From Candidatus Cloacimonadales bacterium (GTDB taxonomy: Bacteria > Cloacimonadota > Cloacimonadia > Cloacimonadales > JAFGVF01): a stretch of DNA of 64,000 bases. The stretch is taken from positions 1,952,001 through 2,016,000 of the forward strand of contig OY762964.1 of the NCBI GenBank assembly GCA_963667035.1, read 5' to 3'. Positions 33,387 through 43,056 of the stretch are shown here, one piece after another (position 1 is the first letter of the stretch; the number at the start of each line of letters is the position of its first letter). A model generated the notes under the pieces. The model did not search any database, had not been told where the DNA came from, and saw only the letters and a program-made list of their open reading frames with translations. A program made the position numbers and the translations under genes.

Positions 33387-36300
33387 TTATTTAAGCATAA
33401 TAGCTTTTTTAGTTTTAGTAAAATCTTTAGACTGAATACGGTAGAAATAAACTCCCGAAGCCAATCTCTTATTATTGTCATCAGTACCATTCCATGTATA
33501 GGTATGAATACCGTGAGTTAACATTCCATCACATAGAGTCTTAATTCTACGTCCTTTTACATCATAGATGCATATCTTGACATGTCCGTTGTTTTTCAAT
33601 GCAAACTTAATATCTGTAGTTGGATTAAATGGATTAGGAATATTCTGGAAAAGCTCATTATTTGCAACTTCAACAATTTCATGTGTACCTGTTCCGTCAG
33701 TGTAAACAATCCAATCTTTAAAAACAAAATTTAATTCATCAGATGCTAAACATTGAACAATATATAAATCGTTTGATCCGGTAGTATAGCTGAGCTGAGT
33801 TTCGCCTATACCAACAAGCTGTATTGCATTGTTTACTTTCCAAGTATACTCAAGATTACTATCAGGGTCGTAGCACTCGAAAGTGAAATAGATATCATCA
33901 TGATGTGCAACATGTAACTCATTTTCTTCAGGTATTACATTCATTGGGATCGGGGTATCATTAACAGGAGTTACTGTTACTAAAACAGTATCTGATGCAA
34001 CTGATCTATTCTTTAATACATCCGTACCGTCATCAGCATAGAATACTATCTCTTCAGTTCCAAACCAATTGGCTTGAGGCATGAGTCCCACTTCTCCGTC
34101 AGCTAAAATCATATTAATATGTTCATTTCCTGAGAAGGAGAAAATGAGTTCATCAAGATTAGGGTCATAGAAATGACGTCTTAAATTGATTGAGCCATAA
34201 AAAGTATCTTCTTCAAATGTAATATCAGCTATTGGTAACTGAACTTCAGGTGGTAATGGAGGTAGATTATTTTCTATTTCAAGAGCTACAGGAATAATAA
34301 CAACAGGTTGAGTAGGATCATTACTATATACTTCAATGTTACAATGATAATTACCAAAGATGATTCCACTAGTATCAATTGTTAAGCCAATACTCTCGCT
34401 CATACCTTGACTAACACTTCCACTAATCGGATCACATTCTATCCAATTAAAACTTGGAATGAATGAAATAGTCATGTTATCATGAACAAAAGCTTCATTA
34501 TTGACAATTTGTATACCTTCTGTACCATCTATGTTCTCAATGCCTACAGTGGCACCAGTTGAGCCATTCTGCACACTCTGATATTGAAAATCGATTCTTC
34601 CTGTTTCATAAAGAATAACTTGGAATGTAGCTGTAGAAGTAGTTCCAAAGAAGGGAATATTTTCATAGGTTATTATAAATCTATCATTTGAGCTATCCGG
34701 ATAATAGTATACATTTCCCAATAACTGAGGACTAAAGTCATCCCATAAAGGAGCAATAATATTGTTAGGTTCACTATCACTAGGTATTTCAATGTTTTCG
34801 AAACTGGTATTACCGGAAGTAAAAGTTAAGAAGCCATTTGAACAAACCCTGATACTATTGTATACTTCATCCCAATATGGGAAATCAAAACCTAAGGCTA
34901 GAGGAACTGAAAGCTGATCATCAACAGTAAAATCGATATCGAAACCGGTTAATGAGATATCAACCCAGTTATATATAGGTCCCCCGGTATTTTCACTTGA
35001 TGCCCAACTATAGTAATCCTCAGGATTCCTAGTGAGATAAGTTTTGTTAATTGTATATCTTAAATCAGCTTCTCCAGTATTGGAAATGCTGAATTGGTCT
35101 GTAATTATCTGTCCGACACTAGCTTGATAACTTAATTCAGTAACACTTACTCCAACAATAGGAGGGTCTTGTAAGACCGGGTGCTCAGTGCTAATGAATA
35201 AAGCGGTCTGATCATACAATGGTAATGCTTGAGTAGGATATATATTATTGTATGTATACTCAAGCCCCACTAATCCGGTATGGTCCATTATCCCTATTGA
35301 GCAGTAGTTACCATGAGCGGAGCCACCATGATTGTTAACATTATTGAATTCTTTATACTGGAGTTTTATCGCTCCGTCACCTGTTTGAGTATGATATGTA
35401 GCCGGATTATACAAAATAATCTGGAATGTTTCTTCACTTCTATCATACTCGTTTGTGCAACCATCCCATTCAATAATAAAAGTATCATCTTCACTATTAT
35501 GATAGGAATATATTGTGCCACCTCTAAGATCATCCCAGAAAGCAGCTATCATAGATTGAGGACCATTAGGACCGGGAATTCTCCAGTTACGGAATGTTAC
35601 CTGCTCCGATACTCCCATTGAAATCCATCCGTTTGAGCATACAGATATTACATCGAAGCTCTCTCCGTAGAATGTGAAATTGAAAGGTAAGTTTACTGTT
35701 GTTACACAATCCTGATTTTGTCCATTATCAGATAATGGTAAAGCTGAACCTAAAGCATTGATTTCCTGCCATTCATATACAGGAGATATGTTATACAAGA
35801 AATCCTCTTCATCATAGATATAATAGCCGTAGCTATCAGGTCCCAAAGGATCCTCTGCAGTTGCATGTCCTACCGTAACAGTAAAAGGAATTTGAGTGTT
35901 ATAGCCACTAGCAGTACTTATCTCCATCAGCATTGATATATTACTGCCTGCCACAATGTTCATTCCTACAGTTACATTTATGGTAACAATAGAAGTACTT
36001 CCGGATGCAATACTGTTTATACTTTGAGTGCCTGTATTAATAACAATTCTTCCATCTTCGCAACTAACAATAACATCTGAATTCTGAAGGTCAACCGCTC
36101 CTTGGTTTGTCATGCTAATATTAATATCTTCGGTAACACCGTGGAACAGATAGTCTAACCCACTTGAAGGCACAGTCATGCTATTAATAACAGGTAATGG
36201 TGAGTCTACATTTATCATTCTACTAAAAGACCAGGATCCCTGGTCAGAGTTAACTGAGCATACTACTTCTGTTGTTTCCTCAGGGAAAGAGATATTAGCA

Positions 36301-38417
36301 ACATCGAGTGCAAAAACAGGACTGATTTGATTACCAACACTCCAAATACCATTAAGTGGTAGTCCTCCTGTTGTGTTAACTAAGTTCTCTCCCTCAACAT
36401 TTACAACAGCATTAGTTAAGTTTGCGTTACCTATATTCGTAAGATTGAACTCTACATTGCTTGAGTTACCATATAATAATGAAGTATCTCCCTCATTAAT
36501 TACTACTGAATCCAGGGACAAGCCATTAGATCCGGCTCCATAATTTACACTGTGCTGTTCAGGAATGTAGTCAGGATGAGTTGCAGTAACAGTAATAGGT
36601 CCGGTAGTTACATCGGCTATCTGTAAGTATGCAATGCCATTGCTATTAGTGTGAGTTGAGTATTGATAGTCACCTGCAGTAACTGTAACCCAAGCATCCT
36701 CAATAGGAGCATTGCTTAAATCGTGGAGCTCGATTGATATTTCATTAGTAAGAACAGGAATAGTAGTTGGTGCAGATAACTGCATATTCTCAGGTTGCTT
36801 CTTCCATACTTGAAGAGATGGGTCTCCCATTAGAGCAATAATTTCAGAGAAAAACTCAACATTGTCAGGATTAGAAACACTATAGTTATAAACTAGATTT
36901 GCTCTACCTCTCCAGAGTCCTTCACCTAAAGTTCTAAAACCTTCGACATACAGACCTTCAAAAATACCACCGTCAACACAGTTGTTAAAAGCTGTATGAG
37001 TTCCTATAGTCGCAGCACCAATGGCTGCTACACCACCTTTAGGACTTTGAATTGTTCCAACTCTTATAATTGCTTCCGACCTACTGGTTCCTGATACAAA
37101 TGTACCCGTATCACAAGTAATGATTACGAATATAGGTAGTTTAGGTCCATTCAGAAGATTCTCTGCATTACTATTTGTCCAGCCACTCATTCCGGCATAA
37201 CCCCTATAATTGAAGAAGCCTACGCCCATGTTAATAGCTTGATCCATATTATTATCGCTAGGTGAATCACTATACAACTCAGTGTACTGGTAACTTGGGT
37301 TGTAATCAGAAGTAATATCTTTGATATATTTATTTGTAGCAATCGTTGAAACACCTGAAGGATCTGTATCTCCTACTAATAAGGCACTATTCAACCAAGG
37401 AGTTCCTATGAACGGTGTCTTTTCATATAGGAGCTGTTTGTTTACTATAACCTGCAACTCTGCTACATTTGCATAAGAAAATCTACCGATAAAAATATCT
37501 TCTATCTGATCATTGCCTTCCAACAAGGCATATTCATGATCTCCCTGACCAAAAGCACCTATATCATCTGCATCTCCAACCAGACATACAAAATCTACAG
37601 GATTCTCCCAGTTATCATAAGCATTCTGTAACCAAGATTTTACATCTGAGTTTATAGTACCGGTCTCATTAGTTGAAGCAACAACAACTTCATAGCCAAC
37701 TTCTCTCTTCCATTGAACTAAAGGTTGTAACTCGGAGATAACTGATTCCCCTGCTATATAAACTAAAACCGGAGGATCATCAACATCTCTTTGTTGAACA
37801 TCTTGAGGATTTACAGCAACCTTATCCAATAACTGCCCAAAGATGCTATTCATTCTGTTTCTAGAAGAAGTAACTTCATTTACACCTTCTACTTGCCTAT
37901 TAAAAGCTACACTAAACTCAACTTCTTCTATAACTCTTATCTCTCTTGTAACAGGATTATACACAAAAGGACAGAATGAAACACTTATCAGTCTTTGTCC
38001 TCTCAGAATTTGAGGATTACTTTGTAAAAGAAGAGTTTCCGGATATGGCTTGTTTACGGAATACATATTGCTTTCTCTTCGTTGAGTAGAAGGATCAGCT
38101 CTAAAAGGTAATATGTTGTAGCCCCTAATAGAGCTTTCTTTCAATATTTGATAATTAACTTGAGCAGTACCGGTAGCTGGTATTGCAATAACAGAACTAA
38201 AAATAGGAAGCTGTGGATTACCTTCCTCAACTGTCCATTCACACCCCCTAACAGTTATTAAATCGTAACCATTTTCTTGTTGTTCAATCTGATAAGCGGG
38301 TAGTTCAAAAGAAATCTCGAGACCTTCAGAGCTACTCCTTACTAGGTTGAAAGGTTTTGCAGTTAAACTAACAAAGATTGTAAGTAATAGAATCAAAAAC
38401 CCAATATGTTTGTTCAT
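33387..38417 (-). CDS. Gingipain-like peptidase C25 homolog with propeptide, Ig-like domains and FlgD-Ig C-terminal tail
   Basis: Signal peptide; propeptide (EGNPQLP..IAIP..PFVYNP); LVGDAD, DIFIGRFS, ITCDTG, LMGDPSL; GPDSYGY domain; QNIPNPFNP..ASGVYFY tail. Confidence 0.85.
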   Translation of the reverse strand: MNKHIGFLILLLTIFVSLTAKPFNLVRSSSEGLEISFELPAYQIEQQENGYDLITVRGCEWTVEEGNPQLPIFSSVIAIPATGTAQVNYQILKESSIRGYNILPFRADPSTQRRESNMYSVNKPYPETLLLQSNPQILRGQRLISVSFCPFVYNPVTREIRVIEEVEFSVAFNRQVEGVNEVTSSRNRMNSIFGQLLDKVAVNPQDVQQRDVDDPPVLVYIAGESVISELQPLVQWKREVGYEVVVASTNETGTINSDVKSWLQNAYDNWENPVDFVCLVGDADDIGAFGQGDHEYALLEGNDQIEDIFIGRFSYANVAELQVIVNKQLLYEKTPFIGTPWLNSALLVGDTDPSGVSTIATNKYIKDITSDYNPSYQYTELYSDSPSDNNMDQAINMGVGFFNYRGYAGMSGWTNSNAENLLNGPKLPIFVIITCDTGTFVSGTSRSEAIIRVGTIQSPKGGVAAIGAATIGTHTAFNNCVDGGIFEGLYVEGFRTLGEGLWRGRANLVYNYSVSNPDNVEFFSEIIALMGDPSLQVWKKQPENMQLSAPTTIPVLTNEISIELHDLSNAPIEDAWVTVTAGDYQYSTHTNSNGIAYLQIADVTTGPITVTATHPDYIPEQHSVNYGAGSNGLSLDSVVINEGDTSLLYGNSSNVEFNLTNIGNANLTNAVVNVEGENLVNTTGGLPLNGIWSVGNQISPVFALDVANISFPEETTEVVCSVNSDQGSWSFSRMINVDSPLPVINSMTVPSSGLDYLFHGVTEDINISMTNQGAVDLQNSDVIVSCEDGRIVINTGTQSINSIASGSTSIVTINVTVGMNIVAGSNISMLMEISTASGYNTQIPFTVTVGHATAEDPLGPDSYGYYIYDEEDFLYNISPVYEWQEINALGSALPLSDNGQNQDCVTTVNLPFNFTFYGESFDVISVCSNGWISMGVSEQVTFRNWRIPGPNGPQSMIAAFWDDLRGGTIYSYHNSEDDTFIIEWDGCTNEYDRSEETFQIILYNPATYHTQTGDGAIKLQYKEFNNVNNHGGSAHGNYCSIGIMDHTGLVGLEYTYNNIYPTQALPLYDQTALFISTEHPVLQDPPIVGVSVTELSYQASVGQIITDQFSISNTGEADLRYTINKTYLTRNPEDYYSWASSENTGGPIYNWVDISLTGFDIDFTVDDQLSVPLALGFDFPYWDEVYNSIRVCSNGFLTFTSGNTSFENIEIPSDSEPNNIIAPLWDDFSPQLLGNVYYYPDSSNDRFIITYENIPFFGTTSTATFQVILYETGRIDFQYQSVQNGSTGATVGIENIDGTEGIQIVNNEAFVHDNMTISFIPSFNWIECDPISGSVSQGMSESIGLTIDTSGIIFGNYHCNIEVYSNDPTQPVVIIPVALEIENNLPPLPPEVQLPIADITFEEDTFYGSINLRRHFYDPNLDELIFSFSGNEHINMILADGEVGLMPQANWFGTEEIVFYADDGTDVLKNRSVASDTVLVTVTPVNDTPIPMNVIPEENELHVAHHDDIYFTFECYDPDSNLEYTWKVNNAIQLVGIGETQLSYTTGSNDLYIVQCLASDELNFVFKDWIVYTDGTGTHEIVEVANNELFQNIPNPFNPTTDIKFALKNNGHVKICIYDVKGRRIKTLCDGMLTHGIHTYTWNGTDDNNKRLASGVYFYRIQSKDFTKTKKAIMLK

Positions 38418-38602
38418 GCATTTCTCCTTATTTAGTAATGTCCTGTAAATTATATAGGCAAATTGCGTTCCAAATAATAGTTAGAAATACTTTTACATGA
38501 AAATAGTGAGCCTAAGGCATTAAATATAGTTGTTTTTAATAAAGGAAATGCCCTGATAAACAGGGCATTCATAATTGTTAATTATTGTTTTAACAAAAGC
38601 CT

Positions 38603-40441
38603 TTATTCAACAGTAACTGATTTGGCCAGATTACGTGGTTGGTCAACATCAAGTCCACGTAAATCAGCTACATGATACGCTAAGAGCTGTAAAGGTATTA
38701 CAGACAGTAATGGTTGCAATTCATGTATAGTATGAGGAATATATATAACTTCCTCCGAAATACTCTTCAATTGGTCATCTTCTTCAGATGCAATCGTAAA
38801 CAATCTTCCTTTTCTTGCTTTCACTTCCTGAAGATTAGAATATACTTTATCGTAAAGGACATCCTTCATTGCAATAGCTATAACCGGCATTTCTTCATCA
38901 ATGAGAGCTATAGGACCATGTTTCATCTCGGCAGCCGGATACCCTTCAGCATGTATGTAAGAAATCTCTTTCAACTTCAATGCACCTTCCAGAGCAACAG
39001 GGAAGTGAACATCTCTACCCAAGAATAGGGCATTGCTTGAGTTAACTATCTTCTTTGCTATCTCTCTTATTTTATCGGATTGTTTTGTTATCATCTCCAC
39101 TTTCTCAGGAATCTTCTGAAGTTCTTCAATGTAATATAGCCCATCTACATGTGAGAGGTTTCTCATTCTACCAAAAAGAATACCTAATAAATAGAGAATT
39201 GTTACTTGTGAAGTAAATGCCTTAGTAGATGCAACTCCAATCTCGGTTCCGGCATGGATGTATGTACCTCCATCAGTTTCTCTTGATATTGTAGAGCCAA
39301 TACCATTAGTGATGCCAAGCACTCTAGCACCTTTTGCCTTAGCTTCTCTAAGAGCAGCAATTGTGTCTGCAGTTTCACCTGATTGACTTATCACAAACAC
39401 CAGAGTATCTTCCTGAATAATAGGATTTCTGTATCTGAATTCGCTAGCATAATCAATTTGCACGGGGATACGTGCCATTTTCTCTATAAGATATTGTCCA
39501 AGAATACAAGTATGATATGAAGTCCCGCAAGCAATAAGAATAATTCGCTTCACTTTCTGTAATTCTTGCATTGTCATGTTCATTCCGCCAAGTCTAGCTG
39601 TCGCTAAAGAGTCAATTAATCGTCCTCTATAAGCATGTCTGATTGTTATTGATTGTTCAAAGATCTCTTTTAGCATAAAATGCTTGAAGTTTCCCTTCTC
39701 TGCATCCGTTGCATCCCATTCAACTTCTGATATTTTTGGTTGCAATTGCTCATTATGTATAGTTGACAACTCAAAACCATCATCTGTTATTACAGCAACT
39801 TCCTCATCTTGTAGATAAATAACTTTCTTAGTATGGATAATGATTGCATTTACATCAGAAGCAATGAAATATTCATTCTTCCCAATCCCTAGAATTAAAG
39901 GAGAACCTTTACGAGCAGCCACTATTTTGTTTGGTTCTAAATGTGAAACAACTGCAATCCCATATGTACCATCGACTAATTTTAAAGCCGATTGAACTGC
40001 CTCTATAAGCTCTACACCTTCTTTGTAAAAATGTCCTACCAAATGTGCTAAGACCTCGGTATCTGTCATTGACTTGAAAACACTTCCTTCTGCTTCTAAC
40101 TTTACTTTCAGAGCTTTATAATTCTCTATTATTCCATTATGAACTAGAGCAATTTTTCCCTTTTGATCCATGTGAGGATGGGCATTATTAGTATTTGGTT
40201 CACCATGTGTTGCCCATCGTGTATGGGCAATAGCAACATGACTCATAGATAAGTCTATTTTTGTAAGCTCTTTTTCAAGTTCTTTGATTTTACCCTTTTG
40301 CTTAGCAATCAGTAAATGATAGTTCCCATCCAAAGTAGCAACTCCGGAACTGTCATAACCTCTATATTCTAATCTTTTCAAAGCATCGACAGAAACTTTG
40401 ACGGCATTCTTTTTACCTATATATCCTACTATTCCACACAT
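38603..40441 (-). CDS. glmS: Glutamine--fructose-6-phosphate aminotransferase
   Basis: MCGIVG, LEYRGYDS, HTRWATHG, SQSGETADT, EGALKLKEISY, PRNLAKSVTVE. Confidence 0.97.
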   Translation of the reverse strand: MCGIVGYIGKKNAVKVSVDALKRLEYRGYDSSGVATLDGNYHLLIAKQKGKIKELEKELTKIDLSMSHVAIAHTRWATHGEPNTNNAHPHMDQKGKIALVHNGIIENYKALKVKLEAEGSVFKSMTDTEVLAHLVGHFYKEGVELIEAVQSALKLVDGTYGIAVVSHLEPNKIVAARKGSPLILGIGKNEYFIASDVNAIIIHTKKVIYLQDEEVAVITDDGFELSTIHNEQLQPKISEVEWDATDAEKGNFKHFMLKEIFEQSITIRHAYRGRLIDSLATARLGGMNMTMQELQKVKRIILIACGTSYHTCILGQYLIEKMARIPVQIDYASEFRYRNPIIQEDTLVFVISQSGETADTIAALREAKAKGARVLGITNGIGSTISRETDGGTYIHAGTEIGVASTKAFTSQVTILYLLGILFGRMRNLSHVDGLYYIEELQKIPEKVEMITKQSDKIREIAKKIVNSSNALFLGRDVHFPVALEGALKLKEISYIHAEGYPAAEMKHGPIALIDEEMPVIAIAMKDVLYDKVYSNLQEVKARKGRLFTIASEEDDQLKSISEEVIYIPHTIHELQPLLSVIPLQLLAYHVADLRGLDVDQPRNLAKSVTVE

Positions 40442-40511
40442 TCTTTCTACCTCTTTGTGCTTAATTCATTTTAATGGTATGATTATCTGATATTAGTACT
40501 TTTTGTCCAAT

Positions 40512-40615
40512 AAAAAAACACAACGATTACCGGGAGGCAACCGTTGTGTTCGGAGGGCATTCTATGTAGGGTCTGTAGGCCAATTAATTCATCACTCATT
40601 TATCACTTGGTACAG
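40512..40615 (-). ncRNA. Candidate small RNA or attenuator upstream of glmS
   Basis: TTGACA(40648-40643)-N16-TAATTT, then ~100 nt ending in a GU-stabilised 15-bp hairpin (loop UCCC) plus U-run. Confidence 0.35.
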
Positions 40616-40788
40616 TATACAAATTAATCAAAAGCCAACACTTGTCAATTCTTTTTTTATAAATTTCTTTCTAACAAGGAGTTACAATCCATGCTTGGAA
40701 TATTTTAAAGAACATTACCATTGGCTATAAGTATATTATACAGTAGATTACACACTGTTTTGGAGTTTACTCCAAAGAATAAAAAAAA

Positions 40789-41562
40789 TTACTTTGGACT
40801 TTTTTCCAAAAGTGCCATATTCTTAGGACAACGGGCAATACACTCACCACAATGTATGCAATTCACATTTTCTACAATTTCTACCTCAGAGATATTGATG
40901 TTCATTGGGCATGTCTTATTACATAGATTACAGTCAATGCAGACTTCCATATTTCTATGAATTCTCAAGCGAGGAATTCGGAGAATATTTCCTAAATATT
41001 GAAAGACATTCATCAATGCACCAAACGGGCACAAAAATCTACACCAAAATCGACTGGAAAAGAATGCTACGACAGTGAATATTAATATAATTATGATATC
41101 TTGCCAACTAATATGATTAAGAGATGTTGCTACAATAACAGGGCAAAAGTTCTGATAATAGTGGATTCCAAAGAATAGTGCACTTACCAAAGTGAATAGA
41201 AGTACTAAATACTTTATGACACCAAGCTTTCTTTCATATAAATGGGAAATCTTAGGCTTAAGCTTGCCCTTTTTTCTGAAAATCTGGTAACTTTTCTCTT
41301 GAAGAGTGCCAAAGAAGCATACATAGCTACAAAAGTAGCGTCCGAAAAACATGCTGGTAATAAGTATCACCAAACCTGCGATTAGAGCAGGAACAAATGC
41401 ATAGAAATTGTTTAAAACTCCCGGTGCTCCGAAACAAACAACCGAGTTCGGGCATACAGAGTGTGCTACAGCTATAATTCCCGTATAAATAGAATAGATA
41501 AAATATAGAGTAAGAAGAAAGAAAACAGCTTGTATAGTATGTCTCAAAACCTGTCTTTTCAT
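40789..41562 (-). CDS. Membrane-bound 4Fe-4S protein (NapH/MauN/NosR C-terminal-like)
   Basis: TM helices; GRYFCSYVCFFG, RFWCRFLCPFG, CIDCNLCNKTCP, CIHCGECIARCP. Confidence 0.85.
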   Translation of the reverse strand: MKRQVLRHTIQAVFFLLTLYFIYSIYTGIIAVAHSVCPNSVVCFGAPGVLNNFYAFVPALIAGLVILITSMFFGRYFCSYVCFFGTLQEKSYQIFRKKGKLKPKISHLYERKLGVIKYLVLLFTLVSALFFGIHYYQNFCPVIVATSLNHISWQDIIIILIFTVVAFFSSRFWCRFLCPFGALMNVFQYLGNILRIPRLRIHRNMEVCIDCNLCNKTCPMNINISEVEIVENVNCIHCGECIARCPKNMALLEKSPK

Positions 41563-41577
41563 ATAATTCCTTTATAA

Positions 41578-42252
41578 TTACTGTATTTTTCTATAAAGAT
41601 AAACTAAAATCCCTATAAGCATTATATCGCTATGCTCATCCGGTCGGATAATAATCACCTCAAAATCCTTATTAAGAGGAATCAGTCTTATGCTTCTATC
41701 CTTCCTATTAAAAGCAAGTTTCTTTAAAGTAATCTCACCGTCAAGTCTCACGGCACAAACTTTTCCTTCTGCTACATCCCAATTATTACTTTTTTTAATC
41801 AGAACCTTATCACCATGCATGATTTCAGGTTGCATACTTTCACCATTTACTCTAAAACAAAGAAAATCATCAGGATTACCACTTAGTTCTGTCGGGCTTA
41901 TCTTTACTGACTCACCGGCATCTTCATAACAAGGTAAAGGCTGACCGGCAGAGATTTCTCCTACTACTGGCAAGATTAACATCTCCACATCTGAATTAAA
42001 ACTAATCGGTGAATCAACAAAATGTATTTCATCACTTGTGCTATCTATATACTTCTGTCCTTCATTTTTTAATAACCAATGAAGATTAACCTTAAATATA
42101 TCAGCGATATTCAACAATGTTTCAATTGCAGGTTTTGTCTTACCTTTTTCGAACTGAGAAACTGCAGCAGGCTTAACTCCAAGTAATTCGGCAAGCTTAG
42201 CTTGAGACATGTCAAACTCATTTCTCAACTCAACTATTCGTTCTCCAAGCAT
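41578..42252 (-). CDS. XRE-HTH + S24 peptidase autocleaving repressor (LexA/CI-like)
   Basis: HTH_3 N-terminus; Ala-Gly site GEISAGQP; Ser in VNGESM; Lys in TLKK. Confidence 0.88.
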   Translation of the reverse strand: MLGERIVELRNEFDMSQAKLAELLGVKPAAVSQFEKGKTKPAIETLLNIADIFKVNLHWLLKNEGQKYIDSTSDEIHFVDSPISFNSDVEMLILPVVGEISAGQPLPCYEDAGESVKISPTELSGNPDDFLCFRVNGESMQPEIMHGDKVLIKKSNNWDVAEGKVCAVRLDGEITLKKLAFNRKDRSIRLIPLNKDFEVIIIRPDEHSDIMLIGILVYLYRKIQ

Positions 42253-42283
42253 ATTCTCTCCTTTATTGCAAAGAAATGTTTTC

Positions 42284-42316
42284 TTAAGTATTACTTAAAT
42301 AATAAGAGTTACTTAA
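42284..42316. promoter_or_regulatory. Two tandem palindromic operator candidates TAAG-N5-CTTA
   Basis: TTAAGTATTACTTAA (42284-42298) and ATAAGAGTTACTTAA (42302-42316), next to TTGACT (42325-42320, minus strand). Confidence 0.5.
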
Positions 42317-42439
42317 TTTAGTCAATAAAAATTCTCACAAATTATAATGTTACAGATTACAAAGTAAATTGTATAGTGATAGTATTTGACTGTTAATCGA
42401 TGTGTAGCAAAATATGGTTGTCAAAGGAGATTATTCACT

Positions 42440-43006
42440 ATGGAATCAAATCAAGAGTATTCGTTTCATAATTTTAATAATGAGCTACCCGAAAGCATTA
42501 TTGGATACGACTTTTATAAATGCAATTTTATTAACTGTGATTTTACGGATCTCAGCTTTAATGGAATACTGGATCGATGTACTTTTAATAATTGTAACTT
42601 AACTCTTACATCATTTAAACACGCAAAGCTTCAGGATGTGTTATTTGATAATTGTAAACTACTTGGGATCAATTTCAATGATAGCGACAAGTTAGGCTTA
42701 AAAGTTAGATTCAAAGCATGCTTAATTAGAAGTTGCAATCTCAATTATCTTGAGTTAAAGAATACTGATTACATCGACTGTATCATCATAGAAACAGATT
42801 TTGTTGGAGCTAATCTAAGCAATTGCAATTTTATGAATACTGAATTTAAGGGTGTAATGTTCCATAATACTAATTTGTCCAAAGCTGATTTTACTGGGGC
42901 AAAAGACTACATCATCAATCCTCTTACGAACAGTATAACCGATGCAAAGTTCTCTTTGCCGGATGCAGTATCTCTTCTTACTAGCATGGGAATAAAACTG
43001 GTATAA
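42440..43006 (+). CDS. Pentapeptide repeat protein (Qnr/MfpA-like fold)
   Basis: Continuous 5-residue repeats (CNFIN CDFTD .. ANLSN CNFMN .. TNLSK ADFTG); ATG 42440 preceded by AAGGAG. Confidence 0.88.
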   Translation: MESNQEYSFHNFNNELPESIIGYDFYKCNFINCDFTDLSFNGILDRCTFNNCNLTLTSFKHAKLQDVLFDNCKLLGINFNDSDKLGLKVRFKACLIRSCNLNYLELKNTDYIDCIIIETDFVGANLSNCNFMNTEFKGVMFHNTNLSKADFTGAKDYIINPLTNSITDAKFSLPDAVSLLTSMGIKLV

Positions 43007-43056
43007 GTTTATAGACTAACTAAAGAAAGCCTATACTCGTACGAGTATAGGCTTTT

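Noticed and set aside
40442..40650. glmS ribozyme
   Set aside because: I could not find its conserved core by eye; an Rfam RF00234 scan would settle it
41578..42252. Prophage marked by a CI-like repressor
   Set aside because: No integrase, cro, replication or structural phage genes nearby
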